From: Camelus dromedarius
Taxonomy: Eukaryota
Direction: 5' to 3'
Assembly: GCF_036321535.1 (NCBI RefSeq)
Contig: NC_087437.1
Span: forward strand, 101,248,001-101,312,000
Length of the DNA: 64,000 nt
Positions 25,781-39,107 of the stretch are shown here, in pieces (within the stretch, counting starts at the first letter, position 1; every line of letters begins with the position of its first letter). The notes under the pieces are model-generated. The model made no database searches and had not been told where the DNA came from. It worked only from the letters and a program-made list of their open reading frames with translations. The translations under genes were made by a program, and so were the position numbers.

Positions 25781-26409
25781 AAGCAAATCTTGTAAAATCT
25801 GACTCCTTGAATCAAGTATGCATACAAGGGCACATTCTCAGTTTTCAGTATCCTATAATACGAAGTTCCAGGTCTTGCAAGTGTTCCATAAGAAACTGTC
25901 GATGAAAGTATTCAGGGTGCCTGCAGATAAATGTTATGCCCAAAATAATCTTATGAGTAAATGTGAAAAATGAAGAATTGATTCAGAACTGAGAGTACCA
26001 GAATTTTTACCATCTTCTTAGTCTGAAACTACTGGTTAGTTCTAGAACTGCTTTGTCTAAGACTGACCTTAGCAAATATATGAGCTTACTTCTACTGACC
26101 CCACTCTGACATTGAGAAGCAGCTAATTTGAGGCACAAGGCCATCATCTCCAGAAGACTAGTAAATGTATTCTGCTCTTCCAAGGGACACTAGATGAGAC
26201 CATGAGTCGTTCTTTACTAGTTTCCCTCCTGAATAAGCATGAAATTAAAAGTCTGGTTGCTCCGATGGGTCTAGAACATTTCATAGAACATTTCATTTTA
26301 TTGCATCAACTTTCCTCTGCACCTGAAGTCTCTTAGAAAAGTGTTATAAAGAAGGAATTAAAAGGCAATAATGTTTTCTTTTTTTCCAGTAACAAATTAG
26401 TCTCCAGTA

Positions 26410-27420
26410 GATGCTGAGGTTAGTTGGGAAGTTATTCAGTGGTCCAGGCAAGACTTGATGCATTAGGACAGTGACAGTGAGGATTAAGACAGACATATTT
26501 AACAAGAAGAATCAATGGGAAATAGTGTCCAAATAGATGTGAGGATAAGAAAGAAGAAAGAGATCATGTTGACATTGGGATATTAGTTCTGGTAAATGGT
26601 GATGCCTTTCCCTGAATTTGAGAACATGAGAAAAGGATGAATGAATTATGTAGGAAGGTGATTTTATATTTTTAGCTTGGTGCCATTGGTTTCTAGGTAT
26701 ATGTAGCACATATAGGTGGGTATGTCTATTGGGCAGTGGGGCAGTTAACTACATAAGAATGAGTTGGAGGGGAGAAATTAGAAAACTAATTGTACATTTG
26801 TTCCCAGTAATCTATAAGATGAAATTGCACAAAAAGTGATAAGGCCATGGTTGCAAGATGCATGTTCAAGGGAAGGAATTATACAAGAGCCATAAAGGTG
26901 TAAATATGGATGGGAAGAAAACAGTATAAAGGCGGCAATTGAAGTCTCAGGAAAAGAAGCTGAATCATGTAAGATCCTTGAGATGGCAGGAGTCAATGCA
27001 GTTATGTGGAACTCATCTGTTAACAGGATGGAATTTCTCTCATTGGTGTAAGAACAAGGGTGGAATTATCAGGTGGGCTTGTATTACAGCCAGTCTTGGA
27101 TACAGCCATTGTAAGGGAGATGAGGCGATATTTCTCATTTGATAGCACACATTTCCTCTGTACATAGTAGGCAAGACTTCATGTATGCTGGTAGGATGGA
27201 TGTCTTAAGGAGGGAGTACTTTAGAAATGTTGACGAAGAGAAAGAATACCAAGTAGACTAAGAGATGGACTTGTTGGGCAAATCTGAGGGCCCAGAATTA
27301 ATGAGATTTGGGTTTCCACCAAGAGTTCTTTTTAATTTTCTCCAGCAGAAAGCCATAGCCACTATATCTTTATAATAGATAAAGAAAATATGTAAAATTC
27401 ACAAATAGGGTTTTGCGCTA
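26410..27420 (-). mobile_element. L2 fragment (upstream continuation)
   Basis: AGTGGTCCAGGCAAGA...GGTAAATGGTGATGCCTTTCCCTGA...; appears colinear with the 25310-25780 piece. Confidence 0.65.
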
Positions 27421-27561
27421 ACCTCTAAATCCTTTAGGATTTCCTCCCTGAATTACTACTGTGAACTCTATTTTAACATAATAGTTAATAATGATATATA
27501 AAGTTGACCTCAACATAATTCTGGTAATATCTAATTTTTAGGGTAATTTTTATATCACATC

Positions 27562-27957
27562 TGAATCGATTAATTTTGTGTCAACTTGTCTGGGCCCTGG
27601 TGCTCTGATGGTTGTTCAATCATTATTCTGGATGTTTCAGTGGAGTGTTTTTGATAAGCTTTACATTTAAATCAGTGGATTTAGAATAAAGCAGATTGCC
27701 CTCCATAATGTTGGTCAGCTTATCCAATCAGTCGAAGGCCTGAATAGAACAAAATATAACCCTCCTCAAAGCAAAGCAAGAAGGAAGGAGACAGCCTTTG
27801 AACTTGAACTGCTTTCAGAGATCTCGTCTGCTGGCCCACCCTGCAGATTCTGGACTTGGCAACTTCCACAACACATGAACTGATTCCTTGACATAAACCT
27901 CTCTCTAATACACACATCCTATTGGTTCTTTTTCTCTGAAAGACCCTGACTAATACA
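27562..27957 (+). mobile_element. MLT2 (ERVL) solo LTR
   Basis: TTAATTTTGTGTCAACTTG...AAAGCAGATTGCCCTCCATAATG...ATCCTATTGGTTC...ACCCTGACTAATACA. Confidence 0.92.
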
Positions 27958-30580
27958 ACAGATTAAAATTTACTTATGCATTTAGTTGTTTCTGTATTAC
28001 CTAGTTTATTTCACTTCAATACTAACAGAAATTTGTTTAATTTTGTTAAATGTTTTGTGTAAAAATATGTCTCCATTTAGTAATATATTATCAAATTATT
28101 AAAATAAATATTAATTTTCTATTGCTTTCATTATGCAAAAGTTGTACACCATCTAAATTACAACTATATTCAATAAAATATTGTTCCTATATTCAAAGAC
28201 TGAATAGGTCAACATTTTCGATTTTACAATATTTTTGAAAGAATTACTACAATATTTAGCATATGATAAAAACATGATAAAGAGATCATATACAAAAACA
28301 ATGTCATAAAACTTGACTGATCATTAGGTATGTATAGACATAAGCATATTTTGATACATGTTGTGTTTCAATTATTTCCTGAAATTTATTAATATATTCC
28401 CTAGTGACAACCAACAATGAACAAAAACACTCAGAGCAATGTGCTGTTCATCAGCAAAACAATTTGAGAACTCATTTTCTATTTTGTCTACTTAGCATTG
28501 TTTGAAAATTGTCAGTTTTATAGAAGCATGAAAAATTCATAATTAATTTTTAAAAATATATAATTAATAATTTCTATTTTCATGCTTCAGCACATTAAAC
28601 TTTGATAAATAGCACTGCATTTTTAATATATACTATGATTTCATTCTCTGACTTACCGTATTTCTTCAAGTGATCTGTTAATTTTTGCATTGTAAGATAT
28701 AAAGGACTTTGTATATTGGTTCTCTTCTATTTAAAAATTTTCAAGTCATTTTTTTTTATTAATTTTTCAACTTTCTTTCCATCAGACACCTTCCAAAAAG
28801 TTGTAGCCATTTTTACACGGCTTTTCAAATCTTCTCATCATTTATTATTTAATAAGCTTTTAATTTTATTTAGAGTCTAATCATTATTTTATGATTCATG
28901 ACATCAAAGGCCGAACTATTGTTCCACTTATCTTTTGATTTGGTTTCTAACAACTAAAAATTGCCTTTATTCACAGTTGTCATAGGCCATTCATGTTAAT
29001 TTAGTTATAAACTCCATTGTCTAAAAAGTATCTAGTGCTACAAAGGAACACCAGGTATATTTTCCCATTTTCCCCTAAAACAGATAATAATTTGTTAGCA
29101 ACAGGTTTGCTGCAAATTTGATATTCACTTAATTTCCAGCAGAACCTGCAGTTCAATATGGGAGACATTTTTTCTGAATATTTTGACAATGCTACCTTAT
29201 TCTGACTCAGTTTATTTCTCCCCCACTTCTGCCCTCTTCACCAAAACCATCGTAGTATTACTGTTCACTCAGATCCAAAAAAAAATGAAATTTTAAATTA
29301 ACAGAGAAATAAGCAACAATTTCCTCATCTTCACTTCACATAAAACTTCACAAAGCATGTTCTCAATGTTGTGGTGTGGTGATGCTCTGTTAAACAGTGA
29401 TGTTCCCCTGGTATCTTTGGCTTGTAGCTCAATCACTTGCATCTAACAGGAGCCAAATAAATGTGTTTTTTTTTTTTTTTTTTGTATAAATGAAATGTAT
29501 GGATTCATGGAGGAAATGTACATAAACAACTCAGATTTCCTTCACAGAGGTAGTCAGTCCCGCTCCATGTGTGTTAAAGAGGTTGGTTATTATATCAGAG
29601 AGTAAAAGTGTAAAGCATTGAATTCCTTTGAAATAAATATTGAGTGCTTTTATGTGCAGGAAATCTTTTATTATTTTTTGAAGAAAATTAAAATAAACAG
29701 GACATTTTCTTAGCTCTGAGTTACTTAAAAATTAATAGGAACATGCTGATGCAAACCATAATTTAAATATAGTGTCTAAAAATAATTATAAACCCAGATG
29801 AGGGAACGGGAGTAAGTATGTTAATGTACTCTTCATTCCAATGGAAAATATGCTCTTACAATTTATTTTATCCATTCTATCATTTTGTTGATGGACTCAA
29901 ATATGTCAATAGAGATAATTAAAGTCTGCGTCACGGTAACAGCACTGTTACAGAAAGAGTCACTCAAAAGCGGTGCTTTGATAAAGTGAAAGGGTTTGAA
30001 AATGCTCTAAATAGCTTTGCTTATAGGGTAGCAAACCAACCAAGCACATAAAAAGGAGACAACAGCTTCTGAAGGACATGGTTGGAAAAATTTGAAGTAC
30101 CTGATTTGTTTAGGAGAAAAGAATGGTCTTAGAATTTTCAAAAAATTCACATTAGAAGACTAGGAAAATTTTTCAAAAAGGGGGCGGGGGAAGCCCTTAA
30201 TATCTGCGAAATAAGTTTGAAAATTCCAGTAATCAGCAGTACTGTTTTTGGTGTTCCAGAAATTCTTCCTACTTTCCTACTACTCTGTCATAGCTTAGTT
30301 TACTCTCCAATTAATCACTCCTTATAATGTGGACGTGCTGATTGTTATTTTTCCATCTTAAAAAAAAACCTTGTTTCCATCCTGCTCTCCTCACCATGTA
30401 ACATTTACTTGCTCCCTTTTGAGGCTTAATTCCTTTTAAAAGAGGTCAAATGTATGTAAAGCAATATATTATCAATGTATATATAGGAATATATTCCTAC
30501 TGTGGAATACAGTAGTAAAGAAAATGAAATGAGAAGTAGAAGAAGGAAAAAAAGGATGGGTCTGAAAAATAAAATATTTC

Positions 30581-30706
30581 AGGGAGAAAGGTATAGCTCA
30601 AGGGGTAGAGTGCATGCTCAGCATGCACAAGGTTCTGGGTTCAATCCCCAGTACCTCCTCTAAAAATAAATAAACTTAATTACCTCTCCCTAAAAATAAA
30701 TCAAAT
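30581..30706 (+). mobile_element. tRNA-Ala-derived SINE (camelid Vic-1-like)
   Basis: A box TAGCTCAAGGGG, B box GGTTCAATCCC, A-rich tail. TSD AAAAATAAAATATT at 30565-30578 and 30707-30720. Confidence 0.92.
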
Positions 30707-32429
30707 AAAAATAAAATATTCCTAAGTGTTTCTTGATATAGTCCATTATATGTTCAGCAATTTTCTCTCACAGAAAAATAGCAACCAAAAATTGGCTGCA
30801 ATAAAAAGTGCAGTAAAATAATATTGTCACTTCAAGAAATCTTCTGTTTTTCCAATTTCTGATGTATGTGCATTTAATTCTCCAATATATGCATGGAAAT
30901 GAAGTTAGTCAAATGGGCAAGCTAATTATAATAAACATGCATTAGCATGATCAAATGTAATAGTCATATGTATTCATCATTCAAGTGAATATTTGCAAAG
31001 AAAACTTGGGACTTAAATGTTTAAGGACTCACCCTAATTATTTTTAGTTCTTAGGAAGGAGGCTGACCCCCCAAGCTGGAAGCGTAACAATGCTCAATCC
31101 AGGAAACAATAGTATATATAGTCTCTCACAAAGAATTATGAACACTCACATAAAATTCCTTTTGGAAAAGAATATTGTAATTTATGTGTAGTAATTATCA
31201 GCTATTTTCCCCATGTAGAATGTACACTTAATATTTAAAGATATGTAAGCATCTGCCAGCAAAGTCTTCACAGTCAATATGAAGGAAAAATCATATACAG
31301 AAAATGACTTAAAAGATTAAAAAAGTTAAAAGCTAAACAAGTTTAAAAAGTTAGAAGTGGTTGGACTCTATGAAGAACTGTAAAAATGCAGCACATGAAT
31401 GTTAATAATAATGATTTTCTAATGGAAAGGGCTTTTCCATTCAGAGAAAGTGATGTCTGGATGGTTCTATCTAGTGTTAGGCCAGTAAGTTACAATTAGC
31501 CCAGAAAAGAGAATGATTTAAAAAAAAAAAAGAAAAAGAAAAAAGGAATAATGAAAACCAAAGGTATAAAGAAGCTTATGTGTCAGACAGCTTGATATAT
31601 AATGAAAAGCCCGATTTTGCTTAAAAAGAGCTCATATACGGCAGTCATAAGAGACAGATATATAGGGGGACAACCTGGAGATAACTTGAAGGAAGCCTTA
31701 GAAAATGTTTTCAAATCATGGAAGTAAATATAAAGATATCAAATTACTCTTGAAGAAAAAGAAAGGCAGTACTTTCCCAGGTCTGGGCTTGAAGCTTTGC
31801 TTTCTTAAAAACTGGGAATTACAATCGCAAGTCCCTTAAACAGACCCAGACCTTCTTGTTTACAGTGGAAAGTGAATGATACAACCTAAATGCTACTTTG
31901 TTTGACAAGCTCAAATTAATCTATTACCTGCTCTGGGACTTTAAGAATTCAATTAAGCTGTTTCTCTCCAGCATGCCACCAAGCTTTAAGCTAAAGACTA
32001 GTATTTTCTCAGTAGGTCTAATGTAGAAGCTCTTAAATACAACATGCTCTCCCACAATCCCTGCTGAGTTTTAATGCTGCATCTTGATGGTAAATTAGTT
32101 CCAGTAGCATAATTCTTTTAATTCTTGGCCCTTTTGCTGACACCAAGCCTCTTACCAAAATTCTTGAAAATATAGGATTTTATCTAAATAGTTTTTCCTA
32201 TGTACTGGCTTAATATTGGCCTAATTTGGAAACCACATCCCATCAACTGAATACTTAAAGCCACAGTGCTGTCATAGTGTATGGACCCTGATTTGGGGAG
32301 CCACAGTCAAACACAATTCTTTTTAATATTTTAAAAATTGATTATGGTCTTATGCTGTAAATTTTCTAGTTATGATTAATATGTAACTAATGGGATATGT
32401 TGCTTGTAAACTCTGGTCCTCCAACTTCC

Positions 32430-34333
32430 AAGGGTGACAAGAATACACAATGAGAAAAGGATCACCTCTTCAACAAGTATCTTTAGGAAAACTGGATCTC
32501 CACATGCAAAAGAACGAAACTGGATCCTTACTTACACCATACACAGGAATCAACTTAAAATAGATTGAAGATTTAAACATAAGGCCTGGAATTTTAAAAC
32601 TTGAAAGAAAACACAGGGGAAAAGCTTCATGACACAGTGATGGAAAGGATCTCTTGGATATGACACCAAAAGTACAGACAATAAAAGGAAAAGTAGACAA
32701 GTAAAGCCTACACCAAACTAAAAGCTTCTGTGTAGCAAAAGAAGACAATCAACAGAGTAAAGAGTCAACCTACAGAAAACATATTTGCAAATCATCCATC
32801 TGAGAAGGGACTAATTAATATCCAAAATATATAAGGAACTCCTACAACTCACTAGCAAAAAACAAAAAACAAAAGCAAAAGCAAAATAAAATGGGCAAAA
32901 GACTTGAACAGACACTTCTCCAAAGAAGACATACAAAATTTGAACAGGCACATGAAAAGATGCTCAACATCACTAAACCTTAGGGAAATACAGATCAAAG
33001 TCTCAATGTAATATCACCTCATACCTATCGTCACACACAGATAAAAAAGAAAGATAACAAATGTTGGTGAGAATGTAGAGAAAAGGAAACTCCTATGCAC
33101 TGTTGATGGGAAGGCAAAATAGTAAAACCACTACAGAAAAGATTATGGAGCTTTCTAAAAAAGTTTAAAAATAAAACCACCAAGAGATCCAGCAATCCCA
33201 ATCTAGGTACATACTAAAAAGAATTGAAACTGGATCTTGAGGAGGTAACTGCACTCCCGTGTTCACTGCATGTTGTGTCCAGCACAAAGTAAAAAGCAAA
33301 GATGGGACCAGGGGACTCAAGATCTCATGGATCGAGAGTCCCAAAAGCCTGGTCAACATCATATTTATTAGGAGTAACAGCTCAGAAAAAAATGCGATCA
33401 AAGAGGAGAGGCTTTAGATATTCCATGTGATAATCACCAAGTTCTGCTTGCTAATTACTTGATTAATTTCAGGCCTATCCCTTCCAGGAACAATCACCCT
33501 CTTCAGGGTATGCAAAATTTCTAAATATATCCTGTTATTGCCTCTGGGACATATTGAGATAGCAAATATTTCTCCTGGGCTTAACCGCATGCTTTCATGC
33601 CAGAACAAAGTTCTGTTAATGGATGATCTGGCTTTCCAGGACCGTCCATTGTTTCACCCTAAGGAAATATCTGCCCTCCTTCGTGCCCTTATGGTCAATC
33701 TCAGGATTGCCCACCACAAATTTTCTTTAGCATAATATGTGCTATAGGTCATCTACTGCGTAAAACATTAAAACAAAGCAAGCATGTGCATTTTAAGCAA
33801 GCAAGTATGAATATAATATTCTAAGTTCATGGAAATTTAGGTGCGGCTTGTTTCCCAGCAACTTGTTTCCCAGCAACTGCAGCATTATTCACAACAACCA
33901 AGGTATGGTAGAAACTGAAATGTCTGTTGATGGATAAATGGATTAAAAATGTGGTATATACATAAAATGGAATATTATTCAGCCTTAAAAAAGGAAATGC
34001 TCCCATATGTGGCAACATGGATGAAACTGGAGGATGCTAAGTAAAATCAGCCAGAGAGGACAAATTCTGCATAATTTCACTTTTACAAAGTATCTAAAAT
34101 AGTCAAATTATAGAAACAGAGGGTACAACAGTGGTTGTCAGGGTTTGAGGGGAAGGGGAAATTGGGACTTGGTGTTCAACAGGTATAAAGTTTCAATCAC
34201 AAAAGATGGATAAGTTCAAGAGACCTGCACTCTGGCATTGTGTCTGTAATTAGCAATTCTGTATTGTGCACCTAAAAATTCGAGAAGAGGCTAGGTCTCA
34301 TGTTAAGCCTTCTTGCCATAATAAAAAAAAGAA
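32430..34333 (+). mobile_element. 5'-truncated L1 (L1MA9/L1MB1-like): ORF2 3' part and 3'UTR, split by an LTR
   Basis: Clear L1 landmarks: AATGGGCAAAAGACTTGAACAGACACTTCTCCAAAGAAGACATACA, ATGAAAAGATGCTCAACATCACTAA, GATCCAGCAATCCCA, GCAACATGGATGAAACTGGAGG. Ends TCTCATGTTAAG...AATAAAAAAAA. Confidence 0.95.
33271..33875 (-). mobile_element. Solo LTR, probably ERV2/ERVK class
   Basis: TG...CA termini (TGTTG...CAGCA), 6-bp TSD ACTGCA at 33265-33270 and 33876-33881, reverse polyA signal TTTATT at 33364-33369. The L1 is seamless once it is removed. Confidence 0.85.
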
Positions 34334-35438
34334 ACAGGATATATAATATAAAAAGTGTATAACTTTAGTTAACATTGGATTACTTTTTTAAAAATTTAGT
34401 GTCTCTGTTTCTTAAATGTGTTTAGTACTATACATTCTTAGATGTAAATGACTAGTAGAAGGAAACATTTATACTCAACCTGAATTTTAAAAGTTATAAT
34501 ATTTTGCTATATTTTTTTCTAGACAACATATGTTTCAGGTAGGTTTTATTAGTAGAACAATTACACTAATTTTCATTGTTATGATACTGCCATATATCCT
34601 TATTTTAATGTTCATTAATAAGCAGAATTAACTTTTTACTTTATGATATCCAGAAAATTACTAAATAATTAAAAAATTGAAAGTTTTTATTTCAGCAGAT
34701 GACTATCTCATCATGTCTCTTGGTAGACCAATTAATAACAACTTTAAAGAAATAGTTGTATTATCTAATCATCATTTTTATTACAGAATTCTTTTAGTAT
34801 TAAGATATATTCTTGGGCATTGGCTGTGTGCAGATGGAAATGAATATATTTGTTATTACATCAGGTCTTCCACAATCATATTTTACTTAACATTTGTTAT
34901 AGAGAGGATATGAAATCAACACTAGCGCCAACTCTCTTATTTTTAAATAAATATTATTCAAAATAGCTGTAATAATTAATTCTAACTCCTTCAAAGTAGG
35001 TGTGAATTTTTTTGTACTTAACAACATACTTATCCTTTATAACTATTTAAGGGCTTTCTTATATTACATATCAGAATACCAAAGTGAATTTACTCTAAAT
35101 CTTATTTATTATCAGGTAAGTACTTGCATAAGTTGTTAAATGGTGGAAATTTTCATCTACAAATACTATAGGCTTACAAAGTTTAGAACTATTTTCATAT
35201 AAGAGAATAAATACAATTCAATGCGGGCTTAAGAAATAATTTTATAATGTAAAGAAAATAAATGCCATATAAATTAAAAATAATCTAACTCTATCCTTTG
35301 CTATAGCTCTCGAGATATTTTTCCATGAAACCTGCTCCCGTCTAGGGCCTCTGGACAACTCAGGACTGATTCTTAACGAAATTAAAAAATAAAGTTTCTT
35401 TGGATCATTTGTGTTGAGCAAGCGGAATCTGTTGTTTA

Positions 35439-35971
35439 TTCTAGAGTCCAAAGATTTCTGCTCAGGGCACCCTGGTATCAGAGCAGCAGAGAAAAACACA
35501 ACACAGTCAAGCACAAGATGAAACAAGGTTTTACTCACATAGAGAGGAGGCTAAGCAAGAGATGCCTCAGTGGCGGGCATCCGTCCCCCACGGGCAGGCG
35601 GTCCCTCCTGGAGGCTGATGCAGGGCAACTGCTCTGCACACATTCCTCTTGTCTTGCAGTAGAAGGATGTCCTCCCCTCCCCGCAGGGGACAGAAATAGT
35701 AGTGGAATTGGCTGGGAGCCAGATGACACACACATTTAAGCATAACAACAGAGCACACGCTGAGTCTGAGACTGAGAATGATATTCCCACACAGGGCAGT
35801 AGACCCAGCAAAGGCAGTGAGAAGACTTCATCTCTCAGTAGGAAAGTGCTCCAGGTTCAAGGCTTTTTCCAATGTGGCCAAGGGTGGGGGGAGGGGCGAG
35901 GGAGCCTCAACACTGCATGCACAAGACCCCTTCTCAACAATTTCAGAGCACAGTTCATCGTGCTTCCCACA
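35439..35971 (-). mobile_element. ERVL solo LTR (MER54/MER73/MER74-like)
   Basis: GC-rich island with CAGGGCACCCTG...CAAGGTTTTACTCACAT and ACACATTTAAGCATAACAA, ending GCTTCCCACA. Confidence 0.7.
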
Positions 35972-37334
35972 GAGCAGGTATGTATAATCCTCCTTCAGGG
36001 GAGGACACCGCAGGAATAGTCACAGTGTAGATGGCCAGTCCTAGTCTTCTGGTTATGTGTTAATAACTTTTTTAGGGCTTGTCAAACATTTGTGTTAGTT
36101 TATCAAGCAAGGTATTAAAGTAATTTAAAGATGGCGTGTCTACAAAGATCCACTCGTGTTTAAATCCTTTGAGGGGAATAAAAGGAAAAGAACTTCACCT
36201 ATTTAAATATAATTAACATTTTTTAAAGTTTTCAACATTTGTTTATTTAAATAAATTGAGTTTAAAAAACATTTAGAAAGAAATAAAAATGGGAATGATG
36301 TAAAGACATTCAAAGCCAAGGTATAAGGAACATTGTGAATTTCATCCACCAGAAGAGAAAATACAATAATGTAAATTGTAACCTACATCAATAGATTAAT
36401 ATAAAGAAACTTATCAATAATGTGACATATTTCAACTTTGTCAGTAACTTATTTGTCTATATAAAATTAGGTATAATGGGTAACGCATCATTTGATTACT
36501 TCATAAATGTAACTTTCTGGCCAAGTCTTAATATCCGCAACTCTGAGATTGCATATATTTAGAATACATGTTTTTCAGTAAATATTTGTTTTGCCTACTG
36601 AAAGTTCAGAGATTTTATTTTAAAAAATGATGTGGTCTTCCTTTCTAGTTTGTCATAGAATTTCATTAAGCTACTTTTATTGTTGTTTCTTTTTGCTTCC
36701 TCATAATCCCTTACAGTTTTGATAAGCCTTATCTATAAATGTGCTTGCAAGAGCAGATGGTACTTCATGAGAGACTGGCGTTAGATTTGTTAATCATGAG
36801 GCAAAATCATGAGGATTTAGATATTTCATTTTCCTTTTTGATGCATTCCACTTTAATAAAAAGAAATGATTTCATAAAGCTGAGTTAGGGTTGTATTTAT
36901 ACAGACACACCTGTCACAATTATCCACAAGCATAATTTCCTTGATTTGGAACATTCAGAAAAGTTCTACATGCTATTAATTCTTTTTTAAACTTAAGGGA
37001 AAAAAAGAAAACATTATTTTTGCATTGCTGAGAAATTAATTGAAAGTAGATGCATAGTATATATGACTGCCTCTGCTCAAAAGAAAAAACAAAAGCAGTT
37101 TCAGTGCATGACCTCTTTCTTCTGATATTTGGAAAAAATATTATTGAATCTGGTTACTTCTATATGTTTCCTTTATTTGTATGAAGCCTATCAGTATAAA
37201 TTAAATATAGGCTGCATGGTTAAATGTGATTTAGAATTTTAATAATGGAGACTAACATAGTCCCTTTTATTCAAAGAAGTATAGTTATAAATATACAGGT
37301 ATATTCCTCATTCCAGCATAACTATGCCATTCTT

Positions 37335-37492
37335 AATGTGTGCATACGTGTGTGTGTATGGTCACATAAATTACTGGTATGTGATACAGTGATCACTGTA
37401 TGGCCACATAAATTAGGATATACATATATATTATATGTGTATGTATGTGTATATGAATATATGCACATATATGAATACACAGATATATATTT
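37335..37492 (+). repeat. TA/TG low-complexity tract
   Basis: Alternating purine-pyrimidine TATATG/TGTG runs. Confidence 0.7.
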
Positions 37493-38394
37493 TTTGAAAA
37501 GAGAAAAGCAAGAATCTACTGTTTTGCTCTAGAATACTTGATGCCCTATATGTGAAAATTTTATTATTTTAGAGAACTGAATCTTATTGCTGAAACTGCT
37601 AAGAAATGGTGAATATCAAAAAAGTGAGAAAGAAAACATGGAAATTATTTGCTTTGATTTCCCAGAGAATAGCAGTGCAAAGAGGGAGTTGAGGATAGCC
37701 AGATGCTGATTTCCTTAAATGACAAAAGTAAAAGTTTTGGTTCTTATAAAATGAAAAGAAAAAAGAGCATGTAAATCTACATGAAATTTACATGAAAATT
37801 TATAGTTATGATTAACCATATTATATGCTTTTAATATCATAAATAGCTTGGAAGATTTCTATGAGCTTATATAAATCTAAAAATTATTGGAGGAGTAAGC
37901 ACAAAAACAAATAAGTTAAATATAATCAGATTGTTTAGTTTGGCTTATAATGGCTTTTCCTAATGAAACAGAAGAAGGGCACTTAAACATAATAATTGAT
38001 ATTTGTCCCACATAAGCAAAGATCCACGTACTGTATTGATCTCTGTAAGAAATGATATAGTAATAATCAGAGCAAAGTGCACATTTCAACATAATTTATT
38101 TTAATTTGATTCAGATCAACTTACATTTATTTTACCTAGTGCTAATTGTAAAGATAACAAATAAGAATAAAATGCAATCTTATTTTCATGAATATATAAA
38201 TTAGTGGGAATGAAATATACCAACAAATGAAAAGATCAAACAAAAAACAGCTTTCAATTTTGAAAAACAAATTCAAAATTATTCATTACTCTTTTTGTTG
38301 TTATCATATAACCACTTGACTTGGCTTAAAATAGTTCACAGTCTTAAACCTTAAATGTTAAAAACCTTATCTCATTCAATAAAAGTACAAGGTC

Positions 38395-38949
38395 AGACTT
38401 TCTGTTTCAGCTACAGTACATAAAAACTTTTGGAAGTCATCTTTCTTGTTCTCACCAACAAGAAGAAAGTTGAATAAACTAAAACACAAATATTTTTTAG
38501 ATCTATCAGGAAATTGAGGTCACAGGGCATGATGCCACCCTGAAGTCTGGAGAGACAGGCAAATTCCAAAATCATAGCCAAGATCAGCTCACTTGGAACA
38601 GGCATCACTGGGGTCTGTAACTGGTAGAGAGAGACACTTGATGGTACCTGTGACAAACTGCTCAAGTCTGAGTGTGGACCCGGGTGGCTGTGAGAAATTA
38701 CTGGATGTCCTGCTTGGGGGGGCGGGGGGATGTTGCCACACTATGACAGTGTATGTATATATCAGAAAAGAAGAAAGATGTGCAACCAGTAATCTAAGTT
38801 GCCATCTCAAGAAATAAGAGAAATAAAGCAATGCAAGCTTGAAGCAAACAGATGAAGAGAAATACTAAAAATTAGAGCAGAAATCAATAAAATTTTAAAC
38901 AGGAGATCAATAGAGAAAAAAGTCAGCGAAACCAAAAGCTAGTTCTTTG
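38395..38949 (+). mobile_element. Old L1 (L1MC/MD-like) 5'UTR joined to an ORF2 fragment
   Basis: 5'UTR-like TAGATCTATCAGGAAATTGAGGTCACAGGGCA...GAAGTCTGGAGAGACAGG, then ORF2 ATTAGAGCAGAAATCAATAAAAT...GAAACCAAAAGCTAGTTCTTTG. Confidence 0.8.
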
Positions 38950-39107
38950 TGTGATTTTGGTAGTTTATATTGTTCTTATGAGTCTCAGTTTCTTTTCCTG
39001 AAATGGGAGTAATAATACCTACATGTATATTGTATGGAATAGAAAATCAAATACAAAATGCACATGGCACAGAATAGGGGCAAATTGGATGTTTGCTATT
39101 ATCATTT
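38950..39107 (+). mobile_element. MIR fragment
   Basis: TGAGTCTCAGTTTCTTTTCCTGAAATGGGAGTAATAATACCTAC...TGGCACAGAATAG. Confidence 0.75.

Noticed and set aside
30581..30660. tRNA-Ala-like gene (also 10100-10175, minus strand)
   Set aside because: Has an A-rich tail and TSDs and an imperfect cloverleaf, so it is a SINE, not a tRNA.
31779..31853. 9-bp inverted repeat AGGTCTGGG/CCCAGACCT
   Set aside because: Interior pairs poorly; compatible with chance.
35074..35121. Exon ending at a perfect CAG|GTAAGT donor
   Set aside because: Upstream acceptor is weak, the body is very AT-rich and there is no other support.
35242..36019. Cluster of overlapping ORFs on both strands
   Set aside because: Explained by the higher GC content of an ERVL LTR, which has fewer stop codons.
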